Shown here: positions 27,584-41,250 of the stretch, one piece after another
Layout: each line of letters starts with the position of its first letter
Position numbering within the stretch: position 1 is the first letter of the stretch
Source of the DNA: the human T2T-CHM13v2.0 reference genome, Homo sapiens
Direction: 5' to 3' (one strand)
DNA: 64,000 nt
Assembly: GCF_009914755.1 (NCBI RefSeq)
Contig: NC_060937.1
Translations under genes and position numbers: made by a program
Notes under the pieces: model-generated
The model's input: only the letters and a program-made list of their open reading frames with translations
The model's database searches: none
Told to the model about the DNA's origin: nothing

Positions 27584-30500
27584 CAGTAAGTAAAATAGAG
27601 GAAACCAAACCAAAACAAAACAAAATGTGACCCACATAATGTGCTTGAAGAGAGATGAGATTTATGCCGGTGATGCAGGTGGTTGGTATATTCAGTAAAT
27701 TTGCTTTTAGTCGTGAGAAAATATAGAGAAGGCACTGTGTTTTATTTCATTTAGGAGAACATATAGAAGGCTCTGCACAGTTATTTTAATTTGAATGTTA
27801 TTGAAATAGTTCTGTGTGCATCTCACAAAATGAATAAAATATTGAATTTAAGTATAAAAATTATGGCTATGCCAAAGTTTTGGGGTTTTAAATTGGCAAA
27901 AGTATTCACAACTGTCATTATCAACACATTTTATTATGAAAGTTTCTCTGGATTTTAGAATATGGTCTTGTTTTGGACTTTAAAATGTGTGGTTGGAATA
28001 ATTGGAAGACTAGAATGGCAAGATTACATTGTTGAAAAGGCCCAAAAAATCCAAGCTAGGATACTAGGAACTTAGAAAGAGCTTTAAAAATCAGTGGTGG
28101 TATGTGTAGGATTGCCACAATTTGGTTATTCTTGGAGAAAAGATGCTGAGTGGCTGTCCCCAGTGCAGATTCTAATGGCTGTTTCCCACTGTGTTAAGTC
28201 TTGCAGCATAAAAGCCATTTGGAGGTATCAGGCTTAAGGTAAAAAACGAAAAAAAAAATTATTCTGATCTTGAAAATTTTGGCTATATTGAAGCATTATG
28301 TAGTCTCTGTCCTTTTACCTCTTGTTCTGAATGATGGCTAGCAAAACAAGGGTAAGGTACACTACCCATTCATATTGAAACTGACCTGTCCTTCATTGCA
28401 TAATGTCTATGTGACTTTCGGCCTCTTTTAACATTGATGGACAGGCATACAATGACGTTTGTAGATAGTTTGATGTCCATACATTGCCATTTTGAGCATC
28501 TGTCATTTTTTTTTTGTTTTTTTTTTTTTCATATTTTTAATCCCAAAACGATATTGCTAATAAAGTTTGGAATAGTGTACGTTTGATTCTCAAACTTCAA
28601 TTTTAGTCAGTCCATTCTGTTAACTGAGAAGAAGAAATTCTATGATTGATTTTAATTTTTTTTGTTTTGTTTTATGTGGAATACATGCTTCTAACTGGAC
28701 CTACTATGTAAATATACACATGGTACATGCATTATTCACTTTTTTTGTTTAACTCAATGATAATAAGAATGTATGTTTCCAAAGTGGAAGAGTCCAAATG
28801 TTTAGACACTGGATTATCTGTTTAGAATTCAGAAACCACAGAAAATAGATTCTAAACATATGCAGTCATATTTTAAAATATGATGAACACAACAAAGATA
28901 CATGCATAATCTGAAATTTATTTAGTTTCAAAAAGTCATTTGAGTCATTAAATGTAATAATATTTTTATTTTTAACATAGCAATAAAATGAGAAGAGGAG
29001 ACTACCAAAGTAAAAGGGAACAATAATGACTGAAATTTAGCTTGAATAAATATAGTCAAGAGTGATCTCAAACATGACAATTGATTGTCATGTAGCTTTG
29101 GAACTTAAGTATATATCTAAAAAGTAATTTTAATACTTATTAATCAAATTGTTATTTAATTAATAGGAAATTAGAAAATCGAAGACTGAAAGTTACTGAA
29201 CACAGAGATAACACCCACTAGAATTATTCATGACTGAATTTGAGATGATTCTGTCTTACGTGTTATATGGTATTTGCATTGGAACGTCTCACTAATACTA
29301 ATACCTCTTATCAGTGCAGATAGCTGCATTGACCTTAGAAGTAAAGAGATAATTTGGGGGAAATTATAGTAACACTTCAGTGATCCCTCTAAATACATCT
29401 TTCACTGTAACAAAAGAGCCTCTGTGGGGAATTAGTGACTTCGTGCCATGATTTCTGAATCGTGATACAACCTTATTGAATTTATGAAGGATGAGGTCAG
29501 AAAGCCAGACATCACTTCTAGGCTTAATAATCAGTTTGGATTTCTCATTGTGTAGAAGTAAACAAAAATGTAGTTGATTCCAGAGGTAGCAAAATTTTAT
29601 ATCTACAACTAAAAATATAATGGACCCATAAATGAACATAATTAGATCTGACCACCAAATGGCATCAGGACATTCTGACTACGGGTTGTGGCTTATGGCC
29701 AGCAGTCCATCTGGGGACCAGTCCATCTGGGGTCCACTCCATAGCATAAGTCACATGACCTGTGTAAAGCAGCTGACAGAAAAACAAAACCAAGAATGCC
29801 TTGAAACATCTTATATTTTATGAATGAATACTAGGAAGTCCTTTTTGTTTTTCTGTTCTTTGGTTTTAGGTATTTCAAAATCTGTTAAACAGGTGAGGCT
29901 GACTAGGGAAGCCAACAAATATAGCTTGTGATTTTGGACAGTTGTGTTTCCAAGTTGAGGGCACTTTTTTGATCAACTTCCAATCATTTATAAAGCAAAA
30001 GATAGTATCCAATTAGCGCAAATTTATGAAGTTTGTTTTATGTTACATGGGGATATCATAAAGAAGCATGTTTTTCATTACTGCTGAATACAGCCTGTAA
30101 GATATGCATAGCCTGATGGTCATCGTTCATTCCTACAGATATGATGCCTCTTGGCATATCTCTTAGGTGAAAGAGTTTCCCTTCTGGTAATGTCCTAGGG
30201 AAAAAGGTCACTTGTGTCCAGGAGATTAAAACCAATATTAACTTCTACAATATGTAGAGGACAGGTTAGTCTTGGAAAACACTTTTTAATTATCTGATCA
30301 TGTGGCTAGAATATGTAGGCTGATAATTAGACTACCTTGCTATCTGAACACCAGAAATCTCCCCTGAGCCCAGGCTGAGATACAGTACTTTCTTCTCTTA
30401 GATGCTTTTGGTTATAAGTTTTTTCCTGAAGTTGACAGGAACATGAAAACTACACAACATTTAATTTTTCCTTGAAGAAGTGCTTATATTTTCAGAACAC

Positions 30501-33352
30501 ATAGTCCCTAATTAGAGTAAATTACTCCTGATGGAATAAGCATTCTGCAAAAGCAGGAAAGAAACCAAATTTAATTTCCCAGTGCCATAGGGAGGTCTTG
30601 ACTATTCAAAAACTGTCTCTAAATCTTAGGAACTATGCTTTCAAGGGCTAAACTAATAGAACTGAGCAGGAAATAAGCCTGATTAGCATTTTGTAAGTAA
30701 TTTTGAGCACAAAAGATATATTTACAATAATAGCCAAGACTTATCATCTGCAATTGAACCCAAACACTAGCAAAAAGAAAAAAGTAAACTGAAACCATTA
30801 AAATGACATCAAATAAATTATGATATTCATTTTCTTGTATACTTCTTATCACTTTTTAATTTTAAAATATATGGTTGATATGTCTAGATCCTAATAAGGG
30901 GAATGGGTTAGCATTGATGTGGGTGGCTTATGAAACATTTATATACTCACTGCTCACTTGTTCTTAATTCATAATGCAGCTTTCTCAAGGCCCTCACTTT
31001 AATACAGCCTGTCAGTTGCTGCTATCTATAATCAGGAGGCCTGGAGGTATATATAGTTTTTTTCCCCAAACGATTTTAATGTATAACCTCTGGCTTATAA
31101 CGCATTATTTTGCATCCTTCCACTTGGCAAAGTGTGTTAGAAGTGATTCTGAATGTGGTTGGAAACACGTTTATAGTACTCAGCAAATGCAATCTAATAA
31201 CCATATTATTCACCAGTTTTGGAAAGGAAACAAGTATTTTATGGAGCTATGGTTATCATCAAAGGAAGAAAAAACCCTTTTTAATAGAATTTTAATATGG
31301 GTTTTCCCCCATTTATAGCATGTACTAGGTATCACTAAGATTACACTGTTACAGGTGTCTGTGGTACTTTGTAATGAAGCTGAATTTGTCAAAGAGAATA
31401 AGACTTTCATTTTCCATTGAGCACCTGTTTTCATCTTGAATTTTCAGAAGCAGTCAGCGAAAAGTCAAAGGTTTCTTTTTATTCTGGCCCCATGGGGAAA
31501 GATTTGCCATTTGATCAGCACAGTCTGCTTTTCTGTCTCTACTTGGAGTTTGCTATGGCCATATGGAGTCACTCCTCTGAACACTGATCTCTGCCTCTTG
31601 CTTTTATCTAAGGGTGATATGCAAAGGTGTATTTCTACCAACAAACCACACATTTCACTGTTTTGAAGGAACCAGTAATGCAGTGACATTCATAAAGATA
31701 CATACCATTCTATAGAATCATTAAATCAAAAAAAAATTCTACGCAGGAAAAAAAAATAGATGGCTTTTGCAGAGAAACCAAAGCATGCAGAAATCAAGAT
31801 GGTTACAGTAAAACCAGTTATCACTTCAGTGCCCAAAGTGTTTTCACATATGCTAGCTGTCTGTCTGACAGAATTAGGAATCTGAAGATTCCAGAGGCTG
31901 TGTCCCAAATATTTGCTGTGGTTCCTGATGGTTTCTATGCCAACAGTAGATTATTGTATTGCGCTGGAACTAATCTCTTTCTTCTCCAAACCACTAGGAT
32001 GCTTTACACATCTTCTTTGTGGTACTTAACACTGTAGGTTTACCTTAGGTAATTTCTTGTAGCCATGCACAGGTTCCTTATCTTAATAGTCTATCACAGA
32101 GGAAATAAGACAGAGTAGCTCTCTTGAGGGACTTCTGCATGCCTTTATATACCTTCAATTACTTGTTTACTGTAATCAATAAGTATTTGTCGATGGATGG
32201 GTGACTGGGTTTATGGATTCAGTTTTGAGTCAAAAACATATGCATAGGTTGTTACATCGAGTGCCTTTTGTTGTTATCGAAAGGGGCACCATCATGGGAT
32301 AGTTTTTACATGAAAATTTGGAATGGGGGTTAGGACATTTTACTTTGCTCTTTAAGTTCATCTGTGTGTATGATTTCTATGCATGATATACATCAGTAAT
32401 TTGTACCAGACTGCTTGAATAGCAAGCATATTACAAATGTGAATGTAGTTTTCTGTTATAAATTTTACTTAATTTTTTTTTTTTTTTTTGCTTAGAAAGT
32501 TATATTTTTCTGGGAGAAAAACTTCTCATTCCTTTCCTCTGCTACATAATTCCCCATGCCTTCTAGATTTTTTTCCAGTGCTAATAATGGAGACTCAATT
32601 TCTTGAGTGCTAAGATATATTTGCCATAGTTTATTATATAACCAGAAAAAATAAAATAATGTAGAAAGCTTAAATTATTAATGGGGCATTTGTTTTCTGT
32701 TAATCAAATTTATCTCATTTAACCCTGTAACACTAGCGAGACATGTCAAAAGATATAAAGAGGAGAAACAACTAAAATATGAACCTATCAGTGGAAATAC
32801 AAAGGTATAATTTTTAAAAAGCTTTAAAACATAAAAATGATATTAACAACTTTTTAAAAAAATGCATGCCCAAGTGGCTATTTGACAAGTATACTACACT
32901 TTCAGTCTACCCTATTACTTTAATGTTCACAGTGTATACTGCTATGTTTATTTTATTTTTCAAAGTATACCTAAAAAAGACATCAGAAAAAAGCAAATTA
33001 TGCTGATGTTATTATGTTTAGTAGTGTTTTATGCTGTGAGTCAACTGCCAGCAAAGATTTTTCTCATTTTATTTCAAACGTAGGTGAGGTTGCTTTGTTT
33101 GGCTTTCATTCTGTGTATCTCTATTAACATCTGAACCTCAGGAGAAATTACCTTTAAATTGGCTGTTAGACCTTGGCCATGCAATATGCTGACTCTTCTT
33201 CTTCATAGCCCTTCATCCATCAGAGAAAGATTTGCTCAATCAAGTCCCCTCTGCAGAAACACAGCTCTGGTCACCAGCTGTTTGAGGCAATACATTGAAA
33301 CAGTTGAAAGACTCTAAGAATTTGGTCTTTATACAATTTATTTAAAATCAAT

Positions 33353-33967
33353 TGCTTCTTGAAAACATATACACTTTGTTCATTAACCATTTATATACAC
33401 ACACACTATGTACACACACACATTCTATACACACTATATATACACATTTACAATGTGTATAGTGTATGTGTGCATACAGTGTGTGTGTGTATGTATACAT
33501 ACACATGTATATATAAATGGTCAATGAACAAAGTGTGTATGTTTTCAAGTATAGAGATGGCTTAGTATATCTGTCATACACATACTATATGTGTGTGTGT
33601 GTATATGTAGTGTGTATGTGTATATATAGTGTGTGTGTATATTGTGTGTATAGTGTGTGTATGGGTGTATGTATAGAGTGTGAGTATATAGTGTATGCAT
33701 GTGTGTATATATATAAAAATTGTCAATGAACAAAGTGTATTGTATATGTTTTTAAGAAGTATAGAGATGGCTTAGTATATCTGTCATATACACGTGCACA
33801 CACACTATACATACACACTATATATACACATGTACACACTACACATACACACATATATGGTGTGTATGTATAGTGTATGTGTATGTATATGCACATATAT
33901 AGTGTGTGTATGTATATTGTGTGTGTGGGACAGATATACTAAGCCATCCCTATAATTTGAAGAAGCA
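33353..33967. repeat. Compound fold-back of (CA/TA)n-(TG/TA)n microsatellites with duplicated and inverted unique spacers
   Basis: Block A is inverted at 33358-33397 vs 33510-33549 and recurs near 33710-33756; block B is at 33550-33575 and 33760-33785, and inverted at 33929-33954. Confidence 0.93.
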
Positions 33968-34815
33968 TATCTGTAAGTCACACTCATATTTGGTCTAGAG
34001 TGAACATGGATATGGGAAGCCCCAACGAAAGCATTCCAAAAATATTTACAGTGAAAGTTCCTACCTAACGGGTAGCAAAGAAAATGACAGCGCTTTGAAA
34101 ATCAGACTGCTATGTTCTTACATACCCTTTTATGACTTTTCTAAATACTATTCAGTGAGCTCATATGGATTTAATAATCAGGAAAGAAGTAGATATTTTG
34201 TCAATATGGATCTGAAATGGGACACTGCCCACATGTGATCTCTGTGATTCTGTAAATGCTTGTTTGACTATTTTAAATTTATTTTGCCACTTAGTTATAC
34301 AAATTATTAATTAGCAGTAAAACACACAAAAAGACACCCATAATTGCAATCAATATTTTTTTGCATAACATAACATACTCTTTTATATATACATAACCAT
34401 TATGTAATCACATGACATAGGTATAGATATAGATGCCAAGAGACACACAGATAAATACAAAAGAATTCACTCTTCTGTAATCTGCTTTCTTCACTCAACA
34501 ACATATCATTAACCTCTTTCCATTTCTATAAATCAGAATCTAGAATGAATGATGGCTCTGAAAATCTGCAGTGTTTCACTAAGGAGATGTGTTCTTCATA
34601 AGCCACTCAGCCTCCCCAGCACTCTCATAATCATGTGCAAACATGTGTGAACATATTTATGATTGTTTAGGGAAAATTTCTAAATATAAATTTGGAAATG
34701 CAAAGTATAAATATCAAAAATATGTGCTGTTAAAAAGCATTTAATGCATATTGTCGTGTTGTCCTTCAGCAACAGGTAAGAAATACCCAAATTTTTGCCA
34801 GTAATAACCATTAAA

Positions 34816-35111
<296 letters not shown>

Positions 35112-35257
35112 ATTAAAATCTTTTGATTTTTGACAGTTTATCAAAAAAGTAGCCTGATTTAATTTACTTTTTAAAAAATCACCAGCGATGCAGAAATATC
35201 TAAAACAATCTATTAATGCCTCTTTCAGTTGTAATAGAAAATTAAAGGAATACAGGC

Positions 35258-35290
35258 CTGGGATTACAGACATGAGCCACGTGCCAGCCA
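35258..35290 (-). mobile_element. Isolated ~33-bp Alu 5'-end stub
   Basis: 'ctgggattacagacatgagccacgtgccagcc'. Confidence 0.7.
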
Positions 35291-36817
35291 ACAAGGATGT
35301 TATTTAACCCTCTTGTGTTCAAGTTGTCCAATCAGCATTAAATTCACCTAATATTACTGTTATTCAGCTAATGTTTCTTCCACTCACCCACAAGGATTTC
35401 CTGATACACATTATCAAATGCCATGTTGAAGTCAGTTTCAGGTGGAAAAAGGATTCAACACAAAAATCAGAAGATCTGAGCTTTCCTCTCTCTTCCACTG
35501 TCACTGGCTGTTTAATTTCCCTATTGAGATTCGGTTGTCATCTCTAAAATATCAGACTTCTCTTAATTAATTTTTTTCATCTTTCAATTTTAGCAGCAGA
35601 ACACTTCAATCTATTTTCCAAAGCCCGTGATAACACTCTTCCACAAAAAACAGTTTTCAATAACCATTATCCAAGGCCTCTCACCTTTTCCTCAATTAAG
35701 AACACCGGTCCACATGCAGCTCATGTAAATATCAGATGCTTTAGACAGGAAGACAAACTCCATGATGGCACTTACTTGGTGCCCTAGACAGAAAGGGAAG
35801 TGCAACACATACCCTGTGGTCACTATGATGATACTACCTCTTTAGTAATAAATTGATTAATTTTTTTTGTTTCTTCTGGAAAACTAAATTATTGCTGCAT
35901 ATGTTTTTCCCCAGATTTCTGGATTTGGGGTGCCCTTTAGGAATTCCTGCCTGGTCTTAACTCTAACATGCTGCTTAGTCCCAGGACATAAATTTCAATT
36001 CTGTGAATATTACAATCTGTAGTTACTTCAGCCTGTGAAATAATTTTAAAAGAGAAGTTCTACACTTGTTTTTACTATTGGCTTCGTCATGGGATTAAGG
36101 TGTATATGGCCTTCCAAGGTGATGGTTTATACAGGGCATTTATTTTGCTGAATTATTAACCTATTATTTTGTAAGCTATTTATAGTTGAAGTTCATACAT
36201 CTCATTATGTTCATCAGACTACTTATTTTCCACATATGCATTGCAAACCAAAAAAAAATAAGCATGTAAGAAAAATAAATGTATGCTATGTATTTATGGA
36301 TAGCTGAGTGACACAATTTCAATCACAATTGGAGTAACATTGTTCCATGCTTTATTTAATATTTACTCATAGCTCCAAGTTTGTTTGGCCATTGACTCTT
36401 ATTCAGAGAAGATTGTCGGTTGTGGTTTCCCCCAGCCTGAGCACCTTAACTAACAGATTTGTAGCTGTTAATCAAATTCATTGCAGTTTCATAGGTTGAG
36501 AAAGGAAAATGGCCATCAAAGGTCACCAATTTATATTAATGCAATAGGATTTGGGAATACACATAAAAATTCAAACTGAGCCTCTGTGTTTTTTTTAACA
36601 ACTAGTATGTAAAATGATGTGTTATCTTGGTTTTCCATTTGAACTCCCACTTTTGATTTATGATAATATTATTCTGAAATACGTATTTCTCAACCATTTT
36701 TTAGTAACATTTTAAAGTTACTGAATGCATATAGAGTGGTTTATAACTTTCTTAATGTTGAGAGAAAGCCACTTTCTCTTTTAAGACGTATCCTCCCACA
36801 CCAACGTCTTACAGCAA

Positions 36818-36958
36818 ATATATATATTTTCACCTCTAAGTCCATATATGTCTATATATATATTTTCACCTCTAAGTCCATATATGTCTATATATATATT
36901 TTCACCTCTAAGTCCATATATGTCTATATATATTTTTTCACCTCTAAGTCCATATATA
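36818..36958. repeat. 36-bp minisatellite x4
   Basis: 'cacctctaagtccatatat' starts at 36831, 36867, 36903 and 36939. Confidence 0.97.
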
Positions 36959-36978
36959 TGTGTGTGTGTGTGTATGTA

Positions 36979-37017
<39 letters not shown>

Positions 37018-37020
37018 GTA
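36959..37020. repeat. (TG)n(TA)n microsatellite
   Basis: Read directly from sequence. Confidence 0.95.
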
Positions 37021-37582
37021 ACTGTTCACACAAGAATTTATAGTATGAACCCTGCATGAATTTGAGTCTGTGCTGGGCAATCATCTGTCAGGATTTATGA
37101 GGTAAATAAGTTACAGAAATAGAGGCACATTACAAACATAATGATTCCTCTAGGAGTCACTTCATTCTGGCTATCAATGTGGTTAGACTAAATAACTCTT
37201 TAAATTAAATGGAAGCCTTGCTTGGGAATTGATTCAAGTAAAAAGAAGCAACAGAAAATTCATTTTTAGTATTTTTCTTCCTTTGGTATTTCTTCACACC
37301 CCATCTCACCATCATCTATTTTAAGGCAAGTGCATTTATGTAAACCTCAATATTTTCCAGTGTTGTTTATATCAGACAATATCTTGTTTTTGTTATTTTA
37401 ATGAAACTGCATTATGAATCAGAACATGACATGCCACTTAATGTTATGGAAAAGTAACCTGCTATTACTGTTCTGCAAGAAATAATTCTCTGTTACAACA
37501 TAACCACCCACAGGTATGATCTGATGGATGGATTCAGGTTTGATTTTTGTGCCCAAACTTTTAAAATCTTACCAGAATCTTT

Positions 37583-37935
37583 AAGAGATACAGAGTAGAA
37601 TGATGGTTACCAGAGGGTGGGAAGAGCAGTGGAGATGGGGGAATACAGCGGGGTTGGTTTAAGGGTACAAAAGTCCAGTTAGATAGAACAGAATGAACAC
37701 AATCTAGTGTTTGGTAGCTTAATAGGGTGACTATAATTAACAATAACTTAGTGTATATTTAAAAATAACTACAGGCATAGAATTGGAACATTCCTAACAC
37801 AAAGAAATGATAAATGCTTGAGGTGATAGCTACCCTAATTGCCCTGATGTGATCATTACACATTGTATGCTTGTATCAAAACATCACATGTACCCCGATA
37901 AATACGTACAGCTATTATGTGGCCATAAAAATTAA
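37583..37935 (+). mobile_element. L1MA 3'UTR
   Basis: 'gagtagaatgatggttaccagagg...aacacaaagaaatgataaatgcttgaggtgat...catcacatgtacccc'. Confidence 0.9.
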
Positions 37936-38834
37936 CTATGATATGCTTTAAGACAGCTTTCAGGGAAGGAAATATTTCCCATTAAACTTATGAAACACAT
38001 TTTCCCCTCAATAGACATGGATAAATATTCTACAGTAGAAAAAAAATGTTTAAGCCGTACAGACGTTTTTTCACCTCTAAGTCCTTATAGAAATAATCCC
38101 CATATAAGTAGAGTTTTAAGTAAAACATAAGACACCACATTTTTAACCTCCAAAATTCTTTTAGATTCAGACCATTTCTGGCTAGTTTGTAAAATCAGAT
38201 GACTCGTATAAACTTCAGCAAGCAAGAAGGGAAAAATGATAGTCTCTCAAACTTTCAAAAAATTGTTTTTTGTCCAGAAATGGATAAAAGATGTGTAGCA
38301 GAAAATGTAGTTTAATACGTAAATGTTATATTTCAGAAGCAGGATAACGATTACCTATACACAAAATTATCATTTAAGTTGAATTTTAAATAAGGCAGAC
38401 AGACTAATGTATTAATATTTTCTCTTTTAAACTTTTGAGTTGATTTTGAAAGAAACAAAATATATGTTTCCTGTTAGCCTCTTACTCTCGCATCAGGTTC
38501 ATTTCATGTGACTATCACCTGGCTTAGCCATCTTTTTAAATCAACAGAAAAACTGAGAATTTTCCGTGAATCCTGGAAACACCAAGAGAAACAAAATAAA
38601 AATAGAGAGATGTAAAACACCTGTGGGCGTCTGCATCTACCTTGAACTTTTATTTATAGCTCATAATCAACTATTGAGACCTCAGAGTGAGGCTGGATAG
38701 AATGTGGGTTTAAACCTCATTATTCTTTTTTTTTTTTTTAACATTTTCTTATTGTAAAGGATTATTTTCTCAAGTATTAGCTATGTGTGTGTGTATTTTC
38801 AGCCAAATTATGTTTTTTTATTTTAAAAAAAGCA

Positions 38835-39210
38835 TACATAGGAGCTTAAAAAATAAAGTGGACCTCATGAAGTCAGAGAGATTGGTGGTTACCAGAGGCC
38901 GTGAAATGTGGCAGGGAGGAGAGTGATGAAGAAAGGTTGATTAATGGATACAAATAAACAGTTAAATAGAAGAAGGAAGACCTGGTACCCAATAGATCAG
39001 TAAGGTGGCTATAGTTAGTATTCACTGACTATACATTTCAAAATAGTTAGGAGAGAATAATTCAAATGTGTGTGTCAAATTTTTTTTAATCAGAAAGAGA
39101 AGATAAGCGTCTAAGGTGTTGGAGAGTCCAGTTACCCTGATTTGATTATGTGAATGTATCAAATTATCACATGTACCACAAAATGTGTGTACCAATAATA
39201 AAGAAAAATC
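38835..39210 (+). mobile_element. L1MA 3'UTR
   Basis: 'ggtggttaccagaggc...ggttgattaatggatacaaa...ttaccctgatttgatt...atcacatgtacc'. Confidence 0.85.
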
Positions 39211-39949
39211 AAATGAAACAATTCAACATCTTTAAAAAGCACACAAAAATTTAAAATGTAACTACAGCATATACCAATTAATAAATGACTTAAAAAACTA
39301 GCCTCTTCAGATTCACCATATAATTTTACATATATCTTTCACTTAAATATTGAAAGCATACATCCATGTGCCCCAGATATATGACATACCTTCTTAAATG
39401 GTGGCACATTCAGCATAGGCCCCTTCAACATTGAAAACAATCTGCTATGAGACACTAGTCTTCTGTCCCCCCCATCTGTTAAAAATCACCCACCAGGAGT
39501 GAATGACTTAACTGTCAGATGACTATATGTGGTACATAAGTGATATCCTCAAAAAGTGCCTAATAGGCTACCTTGTAAAAAATTCACTCATTCTCTTTTT
39601 AATGTATTTATTAGTTCACATATTTCACTACACTTTCCCAATTCCCTATATCTATCCTCGCTTTGCTTTCAGTCATATCATCTAAAACTTTAGTATATTT
39701 TTCACAAAAATGTGAGGAATACAAGAAGCATAAACAGCAAGATGGCAGCTGGGGGAGGTTTTTCTACCATCAGAAAATATTGTTTATTAATTTACTGTAA
39801 TTTAAAACATACAGTTGAGCCATCAGACTGTCTTTCTTGACCTCTACAATTGAAGCAATTATGTGAATATTTGGAGATTAGTGACTGGCTTATTGGATCA
39901 TATGGTCATATTAATGGTCCTAATAACGATCCAAGTTTGAGTTCAGAGT

Positions 39950-40210
39950 GTCCATTTATTCATTCGGCCATCACTGTCCTTATTGGTCACCGTATTGACA
40001 CCATAATGGTGCAATAAATACGGCATTGAGGAAAGAAACACAGTTCCTGCCTCTGTGGGCTCACATTCTAGAATAAATAGACATAAGCAAATAATGATGA
40101 ATGTAATCATTTTCAGACAGGAAAATGCCATGCCATAGGGAAGTATATAAGAGTCAGGAAGCCACAGTTGCCTTGGTGATGTTTACTTGAAGGCCACATG
40201 GATGAAACTG
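39950..40210 (-). mobile_element. L2 3' fragment
   Basis: 'catttattcattc...cacagttcctgcctctgtgggctcacattctag'. Confidence 0.6.
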
Positions 40211-40664
40211 TGCATGAAGCCTATTGTTGTTTAAAGCATGAAATGGAATCTAGTCCTGTACCTAAGCAGATTAATCAGCGGACTGTAACATTTGATTTAG
40301 GAGACTCTGAAGCCAGCAGCATATCAAACCAATTTCCAAAGCTTATATAATTTTTCCAAGTAACCATATTGTGTTTGTTTTTTTGTTGTTAAGGCAGTTA
40401 AATCTCTTGTCTAAATATTATCAGAGGGACATTTTCCTCAGCTAAAAACCAATGAAATTGAATAAGTTGTGAAGAAATATGGCCAAGTTTTATGTAAGAA
40501 AGAGTGGGATTAGGCAGGACAGATGTCACAGAGCACAGCTTAGGAAGGGCAAGCCCAGGTGAGCCCCAGGAAGAGGAAAGCAAGCATTGCTTGGAGTGAA
40601 AGAAGTTTCTGCAGTGAACACTACACTTTAACATTTCTGGACACAGCAGATTTGGGATATATAA

Positions 40665-40670
40665 AAATAT

Positions 40671-40714
<44 letters not shown>

Positions 40715-40730
40715 TATATATACATACATC
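40665..40730. repeat. (TA)n/(CA)n microsatellite
   Basis: Read directly from sequence. Confidence 0.95.
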
Positions 40731-40859
40731 CCAGATATATAGCTTTGCTTTTAATCTCCAATACCCATCTTCTAGTTTATCAACACCAGTGTTTCCCAGA
40801 CGTAAAAATGTGCTTTAATGACTTATGTGCTTTCATGACTTCTGGGCAACCACTCAGAT

Positions 40860-41250
40860 TTATTCCTTCACTGTCAGTCATTCGGCCATTTAATCATTCT
40901 TTCTTTCATTCAACACATAATCTTGACCATTAAATATTCACTGTGTTTAGTGCTGTGCAAAAAGCACTTCATAGGATCCCTAACGTGGAGCTTGCCTACT
41001 GGTAGACAAATAAGATATGTTTGACAAGGGAGTTAAGTAATTGTATAGGTCAGTTAAAAAAGATTAACTCAGATTTAGTGGCTAAGATCAGCGTAAGTTG
41101 GAGTGGTCAAAAACAAAAGTGGAACCAGAGTGAAACTTAAGCAGAGTCTTGAAGGATGGGTAAGAAGACATAGTTGGATGAAGGAAAAAAAAAAAAAGAG
41201 GAAATTCCATGGGGGGAGAGACATTTGCAGTGAAACTTGAGTCTGGTATA
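40860..41250 (-). mobile_element. L2 3' fragment
   Basis: 'ttcattcaacacataatcttgacc...ggagcttgcctactggtagac...cttaagcagagtcttgaaggatgggtaag'. Confidence 0.6.

Noticed and set aside
29703-29732. Short tandem duplications (cagtccatctgggg x2; similarly tcttgtagtagtt x2 near 1310-1340)
   Set aside because: Ordinary slippage micro-duplications
33061-33090. Other AG|GT motifs (tag|gtgagg at 33083; ttttag|gtattt near 29869)
   Set aside because: Weaker than the 52574 motif and expected by chance in T-rich DNA
36818-36958. 36-bp periodic array resembling CRISPR, and its repetitive ORFs
   Set aside because: No unique spacers, eukaryotic context and no cas genes; it is a minisatellite
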